Virus record (IMG/VR): IMGVR_UViG_3300023491_000002
Direction: 5' to 3' (one strand)
DNA from: a virus
Length of the DNA stretch: 64,000 nt
Shown here: piece by piece, positions 1 to 8,821 of the stretch
Layout of the letters: each line of letters opens with the position of its first letter
Numbering within the stretch: position 1 is the first letter of the stretch
The notes under the pieces: model-generated
Database searches by the model: none
Seen by the model: the letters and a program-made list of their open reading frames with translations, nothing else
What the model was told of the DNA's origin: nothing
Program-made: the position numbers and the translations under genes

Positions 1-497
1 GGGGGATATCTAAAACTATAGATATTTTTCAATCAGGTGTATTATATCCTATTATTGATTTAGGATTTATTATTGATGGTACTATTAGTGGAATGGATTT
101 TGAAAAAAGATATACTGAATCTTCTAAAACTTTAGAAGCTGTATTTAATTATCCTAAGACTGCATTACTCGGATCTAATTATACTTATTTTGGTGTTTTT
201 AATTTAGGTGCATTTAGACCGGAAGTTGTTATAGCTAAAGGTTGGTTTATTGATACTATTGAAATAACAGTAGTTGGTAATTCTCCTAAAACGTTTACTT
301 ATACGTCTGATGGAAGTACTTTTATTAATGACGATTTTACCGGTGGTCAACTGGTATATCAGAATCCTTATAATTATAATTTAGTTAAAACTATGATGAA
401 TGATATTAGATCTTTGGGAGGAGAAATTATTGTTACAATGAAGAGTTCTACTTTAGATCCTACAATTTGTATTTGTGATTGTATTATTAATCCATAA
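1..497 (+). CDS. Hypothetical protein, 5' truncated by the window edge; the reading frame is open from nt 3. Possibly the tail or fibre end of the structural module.
   Basis: The frame of ORF 93..497 has no stop back to the window start. Codon usage matches the neighbouring genes. Confidence 0.55.
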   Translation, partial: GISKTIDIFQSGVLYPIIDLGFIIDGTISGMDFEKRYTESSKTLEAVFNYPKTALLGSNYTYFGVFNLGAFRPEVVIAKGWFIDTIEITVVGNSPKTFTYTSDGSTFINDDFTGGQLVYQNPYNYNLVKTMMNDIRSLGGEIIVTMKSSTLDPTICICDCIINP

Positions 498-728
498 AAT
501 TAATTATGAAAAAAATCATTTGTAACTGTTACTCCTGATGAAGGCATCGGAAATAAAATATTAAGTGTTGGCTGTGATGCTTATAATGATGCTGATGATT
601 AAGAAGAAGATATTATTGTATCAAGAGAAATAACTGAAACTATTAATTTGATTACTAATAATATATGGTAAAGTAATAGTTATTATAAAGATTTTATTTT
701 GTCATTCTTATGTTTTGTATTTAAGAAG

Positions 729-736
729 TAATTCTT
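729..736 (+). promoter_or_regulatory. Candidate Bacteroidetes-type -7 promoter element (TAnnTTTG; here TATATTTG) upstream of the 809 gene.
   Basis: Motif read directly. It sits just 5' of a hairpin and of the ATG at 809. This motif is frequent by chance in AT-rich DNA. Confidence 0.2.
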
Positions 737-742
737 ATATTT

Positions 743-775
743 GCCCGTATCATTAAGTTGGTACGGGCTTTTTTG
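743..775 (+). terminator. Rho-independent terminator-like hairpin: GCCCGTA-N12-TACGGGC followed by TTTTTTG.
   Basis: A 7-bp GC-rich perfect stem plus a T-run, seen in the sequence. It overlaps the TTG-initiated 5' end of ORF 758..1441, which argues that the ORF really starts at ATG 809. Confidence 0.5.
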
Positions 776-808
776 TTGCTCGTAATAAAACAGATAAAAT
801 TATTGATT

Positions 809-1441
809 ATGGCATTACATGTATGGTTAGTTGAAGGTTCTAAAATTATTCTTAATATAGAGCAGATTCTTAAAGTTCCTGTTCTTGCTAAGATATATAA
901 TGATTGGCATAATGATAGAGAGCTTATGTATAAAATATTTAAGTTTATTGATTGTTATGCTGATGAAGACGGATATATTCATCGTAATGGTTTAAAAGAT
1001 CAAAAGGCTTTTGATTATGCTATTGAGGTTGCTCAACTTAATTCAGACTTTAGACCAACTAAAGATATGATTGAAGCTATCAATTGGCTTGTTGAGCATA
1101 ATATCAATTATGTTGGACAGATGTTCTTTGAAACTGTTAATGCTCTTCAAGCTGGTAAAGATCTTATGGCTGTTATGAATAAGAATCTTCGTAATGACCT
1201 AAAGAAAGACTCTTTTACTAAAGAAGAGATCGGTGGTATGCTCGGTTATATGCGTGAGATTACGAAGATGGGTAAAGACTTACCTAAACTTATTGCAGAA
1301 CTTAAAGAAGCAGAAGATAATTACGTTAAGTCTAAACTCAAGAAAATTATCGCTCGTGGTGGTAAAGAGCTTACTGCTTCAATGGATGTGCATAACAATA
1401 TAGATAATGGTGTTGGTGGTGGAATAGATATGATTGATTAA
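809..1441 (+). CDS. Hypothetical protein. The start is moved to ATG 809 because the 758 start in the ORF track is a TTG inside the hairpin. It lies immediately upstream of the putative terminase, so a small-terminase role is possible but unsupported.
   Basis: Long ORF. Position only, no recognisable motif. Confidence 0.6.
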   Translation: MALHVWLVEGSKIILNIEQILKVPVLAKIYNDWHNDRELMYKIFKFIDCYADEDGYIHRNGLKDQKAFDYAIEVAQLNSDFRPTKDMIEAINWLVEHNINYVGQMFFETVNALQAGKDLMAVMNKNLRNDLKKDSFTKEEIGGMLGYMREITKMGKDLPKLIAELKEAEDNYVKSKLKKIIARGGKELTASMDVHNNIDNGVGGGIDMID

Positions 1442-1444
1442 GCT

Positions 1445-4400
1445 ATGAATGGTAAATATGAGTTTTCACAAGATGCTATTGATAACTTTATGTTTATTCA
1501 TGCTTATTGGAAAAATAGTTGTGATGGCATCAATGCTGCTCCTGAGAATAAGTGGGGCTATAAACGTGGAGATATTCCTTTTATAGATTATCTCTGTGAA
1601 GATAAAAGTAAATATCCGAAAGCATCCGAGGGTATTAGTTATATTACTAATAAGCCTTTATATGATCCGGATAATGATTTTCTTATTGGTAACTCTGGTG
1701 GTATTCTTATGAATATTGATTTTATTGTTATTAATATAGAAAGACTTTCTAAAGCTGCTGATACTTTTGATGAATATGGTACGTATTGTGATTATGACCC
1801 TAGTACTCCGGCTTATGAATCATTTTGGCAAAGAGAAACATCTCGTCGTAAGAAAGGTGTTTTTATTAAAGCTAAACTTTATTATAAAGATATTCCTAAG
1901 TTCTTTGATGCTAATACTACTGATGAGGAACGTGAAAGTTTACTTCAACCTTTACGTATAACCGGTGCGCATTATACTTATCTTAATTATGGTCGTATTG
2001 AACGTACACCTAATGATAAAGAACGTGCAAGACTTAAACGTGAAGGTGCTGAACACGTTGAGACTGTTATGGGTTTTCCTCGTTATTGGGATGGTGACTA
2101 TTGGAACTTCAAAATAGATGAGTTTATTGCTAATAATAAGTTTCATCTTACTAAGGCTAAAGCCCGTCGTAAAGGTTTCTCATATAAACGTGGTAGTCAA
2201 GCTGCAAATACAATTAACTTATTTCCGAATGTTACGGTAACTCTTGCTGCTGACCAATTAGCTTATCTTACAGATAAAGGTGCTACTACGTTTATGGCTA
2301 AGAAATGTCTTGACCATTTTGAGGAACATACGTTTTGGAAAAGAGGTTACATTTCAGAAGCTATTGATGATATACTGATGGGTTATCGTGTATCAACTAA
2401 AGGTCTTAAAAACTTTGGTTGGCTTTCTAATCTTTATAGTGTTGCTATTGGTAAGAATGAATCTGCTGCTGTAGGTAAGAAAGCTATTGAGATTGACTTC
2501 GAGGAAGCTGGTAAGTGCTTTGCTAAAGGTACTAGATTTGTGATGTTTGACGGTTCTATTAAGAATGTTGAAGATATTATTATTGGTGATATTCTTATGG
2601 GACCTGATAGTAAACCTAGAACAGTTCTTGCTACTAAACAAGGTAGAGATGAAATGTTTAAGATTACTCCCGGAAATGGAGAATCTCATATTGTTAATAG
2701 TAAACATCCGATTCGTACTATATATCGAAAAGCTTATGGTAATATAGTTAGAGAAGAGTTAGTTACTGCTCCTGATTATATTAAAATGATTCAAGAACAT
2801 CCTCGTTGGAGAGAATGTTATGCTCTTGAAAAGACTGGCGTTGAATTTGAGCATAAAGATGTTCTTATTGATCCTTATATATTTGGTTTATGGATTGGTG
2901 ATGGTGCTTCAGATGATTCATATATTACAAATGAAGATCCTGAAGTTATTGAAACTATTTATAAATATGCAGAAGATCATAATCTTAGAATTACTATTAA
3001 AGATAATAAAAATAGTAAAGCTAAAGATTATAGATTTACTAGACTTGAAACTGAAACTAATAATTGGTTTAGACAAGAACTTAGTCGTTTAGGTGTTCTT
3101 AATAATAAATTTATACCTAAAGATTATATTGTTACAGATAGAAAATCTCGTTTAGAATTTCTTGCTGGTATTATTGATACGGATGGTTCATTTGATTCTC
3201 GTAAAGGTAATTTTGAGATAGCTCAAAAGAATCCTTATATTACTGCTGGTATTGTTTATATAGCTCGTAGTTGTGGTTTAAAAACTACAGTTACTGAAAG
3301 AGTTATTAAAGATACTATTTATTATCGTATAATGATATTAAGTAATGCTTGGGAGATTCCTACTAAAATAACTCGTAAACAATGTAAAGAATATACAACT
3401 TTACAAAAGAATCCTCTTGAATGCAGATTTGATGTTGAATCTATCGGTGTTGATGATTATTATGGTTTTGAAGTTGATGGTGATCAGTTATGTCTTTTAG
3501 AAGATTTTACTATTGTACATAATTGTCCTAATCTCCAAAAAGCTCTTGACGTTACTTTATCTAATACAGAATCTGGTGCTATATCTGTTGGTACTATTCG
3601 TATTTATGGTACGGGTGGTACTAAAGGTGCTAACTGGGCTGCATTTAGTAAAGCCTTTTATAATCCCAAAATGAATAAGATGCTTTGCATGGAAAACGTT
3701 TGGGATATTAATAAACGTCATGAAGTATGTGGTTTCTTCTTTCCACAAGTATGGGATTGTGAACCTTATGTTGAACGTGGTAATTCAATTATATTCACTG
3801 CTTATGCTTGGGATAAACAAGATAAAGAGAATCACTTTCATAATAATGATAGTGAAACTCATATAATCTATAAAGCCCAACGTGCTAATACTCCTGCCGA
3901 AGCGTTCATTAATACAACAGAGAATATGTTCGCTTCTCCTGAACTTAATCTACACGTTTCAGATTTAATTAATGATAATGCTACTAGATTCTTTCAAGAC
4001 GGTTGGATTGTTGTTAATGATTTAGGTAATTCTAATAAAGCTGAATTTATACCAAAAGCTGAATGTATTAAACGTGATATATTTGGTAAAGGTAGATTCC
4101 ATGAGTTTGTTAATCAAGTTCCGCATGGTTCTCGTGATGATACTCATGGTTGCGTTAGAATGTATTATCGTCCGTTCTTAGTAAATGGTGAAGTGCCTAA
4201 AGATTTATATTTTGTTAGTGTGGATGCGTATAAGGTAGATAAGGCTCAAAAAGACGTAACAGATAAACATTCTCTTTATTCTGCACAAGTATGGATGCGT
4301 AGTAATACTATTACTCCATATCCAAATCAAAAACTGCTTGTATGCGAATATATAGGGCGTTTGGACACAATGGAGCAAAATGATATAGTCACTATGGGTA

Positions 4401-4855
4401 TGTGTCTTATGTATAATGCTGAATGTTGTCCGGAAGCTGGTACTGGTGAGACTGTTTCTAACTTTATTAAATATAAACTTAGACGTTACTTAATGCTTGA
4501 CCCAACCAATGCCAATACTCGTAAATTGACTAATCCTAACAATAATGATTATGGTATTGTAATTGGTGATGGTGATAAGAAATATAATGGTCTTCGTATG
4601 CTAAAGGAGTTTATTTATGAACCTCTTTCATATACTGCTGATGGTAAACCTATTCGTAGACTTAAGTCTATTAGTAGTGTTCGATTGCTTCTAGAGTGTC
4701 AGAGATTTACTGCTGAGGGTAACTTCGACCATATTAGTGCTGCTATTGTTGCTATGTATGTCTTTCTTGCAGATTCTTTAAATACTAAGCGTCTTGTTGA
4801 AGGTAATACAGAGAATAATGACAGACGTATTGCAAATCGTTTAAATCGTCGTTAA
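1445..4855 (+). CDS. Intein-containing large protein, probably the large terminase subunit (TerL). It is about 800 aa after splicing.
   Basis: It lies directly upstream of the portal-like and capsid-like genes. The C-extein has RNase-H-like nuclease-type motifs: FVSVDAYK (Asp motif I-like) and a C-terminal FDHISAAIVAMY (motif III-like). Inteins are typical of phage TerL. I could not pick out a Walker A motif by eye. Confidence 0.5.
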   Translation: MNGKYEFSQDAIDNFMFIHAYWKNSCDGINAAPENKWGYKRGDIPFIDYLCEDKSKYPKASEGISYITNKPLYDPDNDFLIGNSGGILMNIDFIVINIERLSKAADTFDEYGTYCDYDPSTPAYESFWQRETSRRKKGVFIKAKLYYKDIPKFFDANTTDEERESLLQPLRITGAHYTYLNYGRIERTPNDKERARLKREGAEHVETVMGFPRYWDGDYWNFKIDEFIANNKFHLTKAKARRKGFSYKRGSQAANTINLFPNVTVTLAADQLAYLTDKGATTFMAKKCLDHFEEHTFWKRGYISEAIDDILMGYRVSTKGLKNFGWLSNLYSVAIGKNESAAVGKKAIEIDFEEAGKCFAKGTRFVMFDGSIKNVEDIIIGDILMGPDSKPRTVLATKQGRDEMFKITPGNGESHIVNSKHPIRTIYRKAYGNIVREELVTAPDYIKMIQEHPRWRECYALEKTGVEFEHKDVLIDPYIFGLWIGDGASDDSYITNEDPEVIETIYKYAEDHNLRITIKDNKNSKAKDYRFTRLETETNNWFRQELSRLGVLNNKFIPKDYIVTDRKSRLEFLAGIIDTDGSFDSRKGNFEIAQKNPYITAGIVYIARSCGLKTTVTERVIKDTIYYRIMILSNAWEIPTKITRKQCKEYTTLQKNPLECRFDVESIGVDDYYGFEVDGDQLCLLEDFTIVHNCPNLQKALDVTLSNTESGAISVGTIRIYGTGGTKGANWAAFSKAFYNPKMNKMLCMENVWDINKRHEVCGFFFPQVWDCEPYVERGNSIIFTAYAWDKQDKENHFHNNDSETHIIYKAQRANTPAEAFINTTENMFASPELNLHVSDLINDNATRFFQDGWIVVNDLGNSNKAEFIPKAECIKRDIFGKGRFHEFVNQVPHGSRDDTHGCVRMYYRPFLVNGEVPKDLYFVSVDAYKVDKAQKDVTDKHSLYSAQVWMRSNTITPYPNQKLLVCEYIGRLDTMEQNDIVTMGMCLMYNAECCPEAGTGETVSNFIKYKLRRYLMLDPTNANTRKLTNPNNNDYGIVIGDGDKKYNGLRMLKEFIYEPLSYTADGKPIRRLKSISSVRLLLECQRFTAEGNFDHISAAIVAMYVFLADSLNTKRLVEGNTENNDRRIANRLNRR
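2516..3523 (+). mobile_element. Intein of 336 aa with an embedded LAGLIDADG homing endonuclease.
   Basis: It starts with Cys1 (CFAKGTRFVMFDG, block A). LAGLIDADG motif 1 is LWIGDGASDDSY (about nt 2884-2910). Motif 2 is FLAGIIDTDGSF (about nt 3158-3193). It ends ...FTIVHN followed by the +1 Cys (CPNLQ), which is the canonical HN/C splice junction. The length is a multiple of 3 inside the host ORF. Confidence 0.85.
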
Positions 4856-7243
4856 ATGGATGCTTCTAAGATTCCTAATTCTTTAGAAAAGCCTGATGTC
4901 TTTGCTTCGGAAGCTACTAAGCGTGGAGCTGTTTGGACTAAGGCTATGTGTGATTGGGTTATTGCTACTGCTCATTCTAATAATGATAAAGCAGATATTA
5001 AAGCCTTTCTTGACGCTGCAAATGGAATTGTAGATGAATCTACTTACAAGTATGTAATGGCGACCTACAACTCCGTTAATGGTAGAAAAGAAGATTTGCC
5101 TGGTAAGATTAGAGATGTTGATTTTATTACTCCTATTAAAGAGAAATATATAGGAGAGTTCATTAACACCTATAATAACTACCAAGTTTATAATGCTGAT
5201 ATTGATGTTGTCACTAGACGTAACGCTGATCTTCGTGTTGCTCTTGATGGTCTTCTTCGTCAGCAATTTATAAACATCATGAATGCTAACGGTGTTCAAA
5301 CCGGTGAGCCTTCTAAAGATCTTCCATCTGCTGAAGACTTTATGAAACAAGCCGCTAAGGATTGGATTGATGAAGAAGCTGATCGTGGTCAGAAAACTCT
5401 TAATCTTCTTAATTCCCTTATTAAAGCTAATGAGAAATATATTCAAGCTTTCTATTATTGGTTCTGTACTGAAAGCGTTTATTCTTATCGTGATGTAAGA
5501 TACAATGATGTTATTTTTGAAATTATTTCTCCTCTTGAGTATTATCGAATTGATAGTGGTAATCTTTTTGTTGAAGATGATGATTATGGGATGCGAGAGT
5601 TTGATATTAACATCAATGATATAATTGGTGAATATCAAGAAGTTCTTTCTAAAAGAGATATCGCTTATATCAAAGATATAATTCATAATCATGAAAGTAC
5701 GGGTGAATATACAGTTACTCCTGTTATGCTTCGTTCTCGTGAGATTGCTTTTAATCCTACGATTGATACGCAGAATGCTGCTCCGTACCACTCCTTGCCC
5801 TCTACCGGGGTCCTCAAAGCTCGTCATTGTGTTTTTAAGGTTCCTATGAAGCGTGGTGTTCTTACTTACACTAATGCTTATGGTGAGATTGAGCAAAAGA
5901 TTGTTGATGAAGATTATGTCTTAGATACTACTCTTGGTGATATTGATATTGAATATACTTGGGTTCTTCAATGTTGGGAAGCTTATCGTTTTGGTGATAA
6001 AGATTGGGGTGTATATACTAAATCTCAACCTATCATTGTTCAACGTGAAGAAGTGAATAATCTTAATCATTGTAAATTACCTTATAATGGTTTAAGTCGT
6101 TTAATGCTTTTTAATAATCCTAAACCTATTCCTTATCGCTTATTACCTTATCTTGCTCTTTATCGTCTTTATACTTTAGTTGAGGAACGCACTATTAGTA
6201 AATTCCGATCATGGCTATTGATACCTGAAAGTTTCTTAGCTGATACTAAAGATATGACTATGGAAGAGCGTCTTGATGCAGCTAATCGAGATGGTACTCT
6301 TGTATTTGATGATAGTGAAATAGCTAAGCAACAAGCATCACTTCAAGCTATTAAAGAGATTGCTAATACTACAATGATTAATTATCTTACGACTATTAAT
6401 CAAATTAAGCAGTCTATTAAGCAAGAAGCATATGAACTTGCTAATATGAACGATCAGCGTGCAGGAGATATTCAAGCTCGTGCCGGTAAAGCTGTTACTG
6501 AGATGGGACTTAATCAGGCTCTAATGGGATCTGTGTGGTCACTTAAAATCTTTGATTGCTTCCGCTCTCGTGATATGATGGCTAATCTTGATGCTGCTAA
6601 AATTGCTTGGATTGATGGCTATGAAGGTTCTTATGTAGATCCTAATACCAATGAGATTGTTCAAGTTCGTGTAGATGGTACTGACTTTGTTAATTCTAAT
6701 TTAGGTATCTTTGTTGGTAACTCTGCTGAACTTAATGAACAAGTACGTAAGCTTGAGGAAATTGCTTTTGGTGCTGCTCAAAATGGAAATTACGATGTAG
6801 CTGCTGAGGCTGTTTGTAATCATAACATTGCTTCTTTACGCAAATATATTAAAGAAGCTGCCGAAGCTCAACGTCAATTTGAACTTCAAAAAGAAGAGAT
6901 TCAAAAGAAGTGGGATGCTGAGATTGAACAAACTCGTGCTGCTAATGCGGAAGCTCAACGTAAATTTGAAGCTGAACAAGCTCAACTTGATCGCGATTCT
7001 AAGGAAGCTATTGCTGCTGATACTAATCTTACTAATATTATTATTACTGATGCTAAGCTTCAAGTAGATAAGAATGGTAATGATTATATTAGTGAAGATG
7101 AATCTAATAGTGGTACTCTTGATGATTATCTTAAAATGACTAAGTTAAACTTAGATATTGATAGAGTTAATCTGGAACGTGCCAAGTTTGAGGAACAAAA
7201 GCGCATGAATCGTATTAACGCCAATAAGCCACGGAAGTCTTAA
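4856..7243 (+). CDS. Putative portal protein, 795 aa.
   Basis: Its size, its place between the TerL-like and scaffold/MCP-like genes, and an acidic/basic coiled-coil C-terminus (QRQFELQKEEIQKKWDAEIEQ...). One copy of the GC-rich repeat (element E) is embedded at 5777-5822. Confidence 0.45.
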   Translation: MDASKIPNSLEKPDVFASEATKRGAVWTKAMCDWVIATAHSNNDKADIKAFLDAANGIVDESTYKYVMATYNSVNGRKEDLPGKIRDVDFITPIKEKYIGEFINTYNNYQVYNADIDVVTRRNADLRVALDGLLRQQFINIMNANGVQTGEPSKDLPSAEDFMKQAAKDWIDEEADRGQKTLNLLNSLIKANEKYIQAFYYWFCTESVYSYRDVRYNDVIFEIISPLEYYRIDSGNLFVEDDDYGMREFDININDIIGEYQEVLSKRDIAYIKDIIHNHESTGEYTVTPVMLRSREIAFNPTIDTQNAAPYHSLPSTGVLKARHCVFKVPMKRGVLTYTNAYGEIEQKIVDEDYVLDTTLGDIDIEYTWVLQCWEAYRFGDKDWGVYTKSQPIIVQREEVNNLNHCKLPYNGLSRLMLFNNPKPIPYRLLPYLALYRLYTLVEERTISKFRSWLLIPESFLADTKDMTMEERLDAANRDGTLVFDDSEIAKQQASLQAIKEIANTTMINYLTTINQIKQSIKQEAYELANMNDQRAGDIQARAGKAVTEMGLNQALMGSVWSLKIFDCFRSRDMMANLDAAKIAWIDGYEGSYVDPNTNEIVQVRVDGTDFVNSNLGIFVGNSAELNEQVRKLEEIAFGAAQNGNYDVAAEAVCNHNIASLRKYIKEAAEAQRQFELQKEEIQKKWDAEIEQTRAANAEAQRKFEAEQAQLDRDSKEAIAADTNLTNIIITDAKLQVDKNGNDYISEDESNSGTLDDYLKMTKLNLDIDRVNLERAKFEEQKRMNRINANKPRKS
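5777..5822 (-). repeat. GC-rich conserved element, copy E. It is in reverse orientation, embedded in-frame in the portal-like gene.
   Basis: Its reverse complement GAGCTTTGAGGACCCCGGTAGAGGGCAAGGAGTGGTACGGAGCAGC aligns with copies A-D and F. It is a local GC island in AT-rich coding DNA and translates as AAPYHSLPSTGVLKA. Confidence 0.55.
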
Positions 7244-7472
7244 TGTAGGCTCTTATTTTTGTTGAATTGAACAACTATATCGATTGAAATTTGGGTTCGT
7301 CAGAGGTCTTCATTTAAGCCTTAAAATGGCATAAATTAATTGGAATTTCAGAGAGCCGTGTGATAGGCGGTACTAATGCTGTTTCTAATAATATTTCTAA
7401 TGCCATTTTTAATACATATATTATTATTACATTTGTCACTGTTATAACTTAATTTATAAAAGATAAAACATT

Positions 7473-8810
7473 ATGCCAAATCCTATTGTTCCCGGTGGTG
7501 TTACTGATAGTAATATTACTAAAACTGCGGAAGAGATAGCTGCTGAACAAGCGGCTAAAGCTGCTAAAGAAGCAGAAGAAGCTGCTAAAGCAGAAGAAGA
7601 ACGTAAGAAAGCAGAAGAAGAAGAAGCTAAACGTAAAGCTGAAGAAGAAGCTGCTAAAACTGCTACTCAAAAAACTGAAACTGAAACTGAAACTCCTACT
7701 AAGATTGTTCTTACTACCGATGACGGTGATGTTGAGTATGATCTTGATGCTGACGGTAATGCCGTTAAAGATGGAGAGATTGTTTACACTAAAGCTCAGT
7801 TAGATGAGTTTGCTGCTGCTGAAACTCAAGAAGAAACTATAGATGTTTCTGCTATTTCTGCTATTTCTGGTTTAACTCCGGTAAATGCTGATGGTACTCC
7901 TAAGAAATATGAAATGACCGTTGAAGGTCTTGCTCAACGTGATGCTGATATTGCAGAGCTTGCTAAACGTCAAGCTGAAAGTGAAGCTATCAACAATTTC
8001 TTCCGTACTAATCCGGATATTTATCAAGCTGCTCTTTACAAACAAACGTATGGTTCTCTTGAGGGTTTTGCTAATCATGTTGATTGGACTACAATGACCC
8101 TCGAAGATAAATCAGATGATCAGTTAGAAGCTGTTATTCGTTCTGCTGAAAAACGTAAAGGTACTTCTGATGCTCAAATCGAACGTATTATTCGTTTTTC
8201 TAAAGCTGATAAAGTATTAGCTGAAACTGCTAAAGAGAGTCTTGATTATCTTGCCAATGCCCAGAGACGTGAGATTGAAGCTGCAAATGCTAGGCAAGAA
8301 GCCGAATATCAAGCTGCTCAAGAAGCTCTTGATAAAGCCTACGGTATTACCTATGATGAGAATGGTAAAGCTAAAGTGCTTAACGTTCCTGATTCTTTAT
8401 ACGATAAGATCGTTAATAAAGGTACTATCGGAGGTCTTGCAATTCCAACAGCAGGTGTTAAAAGAATTGTTAATGGTAACGAACAAATTCTTTCTCGTAA
8501 AGATATTGTTAAGTATCTGACAGCTCCTGTTGTTGAAGTTAATGGTGATTTCTATACTCAAGCTCAGAAAGATGTTTTTGATATGCTTGCTGATAATGAA
8601 ACGTTCGCTATGGTAGCACTTCGTAACTTGTTAGGTGCTGATATTAGTCAGTTAGCTGCTGCATCTATACGACAAGAAGCTGTTCGTCGTTTGAACATTA
8701 CTTCTAGTGGTAAACCTAAAGTTAAGGTATCCACTCAAGGTGGCGGTACTAAAGTTAATTCTAATAGACGTCCTATTGTTCCGGGTGGTATTATTGATTC
8801 AAATAAATAA
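7473..8810 (+). CDS. Scaffold-like or head-decoration-like protein. It has an Ala/Glu/Lys-rich coiled-coil N-terminal region, and a PIVPGG(V/I)(T/I)DSN motif at both termini.
   Basis: Low-complexity AEEAAKAEEERKKAEEEEAKRK segment followed by a TETETETP linker. It sits between the portal-like and MCP-like genes. MPNPIVPGGVTDSN at the N-terminus matches RRPIVPGGIIDSNK at the C-terminus. Confidence 0.35.
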   Translation: MPNPIVPGGVTDSNITKTAEEIAAEQAAKAAKEAEEAAKAEEERKKAEEEEAKRKAEEEAAKTATQKTETETETPTKIVLTTDDGDVEYDLDADGNAVKDGEIVYTKAQLDEFAAAETQEETIDVSAISAISGLTPVNADGTPKKYEMTVEGLAQRDADIAELAKRQAESEAINNFFRTNPDIYQAALYKQTYGSLEGFANHVDWTTMTLEDKSDDQLEAVIRSAEKRKGTSDAQIERIIRFSKADKVLAETAKESLDYLANAQRREIEAANARQEAEYQAAQEALDKAYGITYDENGKAKVLNVPDSLYDKIVNKGTIGGLAIPTAGVKRIVNGNEQILSRKDIVKYLTAPVVEVNGDFYTQAQKDVFDMLADNETFAMVALRNLLGADISQLAAASIRQEAVRRLNITSSGKPKVKVSTQGGGTKVNSNRRPIVPGGIIDSNK

Positions 8811-8821
8811 TTATCGTAACT

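Noticed and set aside
4883-5896. A 337-aa ORF on the - strand antisense to the portal-like gene, and dozens of 60-190-aa antisense or overlapping ORFs throughout the ORF track
   Set aside because: They are Ile/Asn/Lys/Ser/Phe-rich low-complexity translations typical of AT-rich antisense frames and are fully contained in long, well-supported genes.
7300-7340. Possible tRNA suggested by GGGTTCG (T-loop-like) in the portal/scaffold intergenic region
   Set aside because: No complementary T-stem, acceptor stem or anticodon arm could be drawn around it, and no cloverleaf is evident in any intergenic region of the window.
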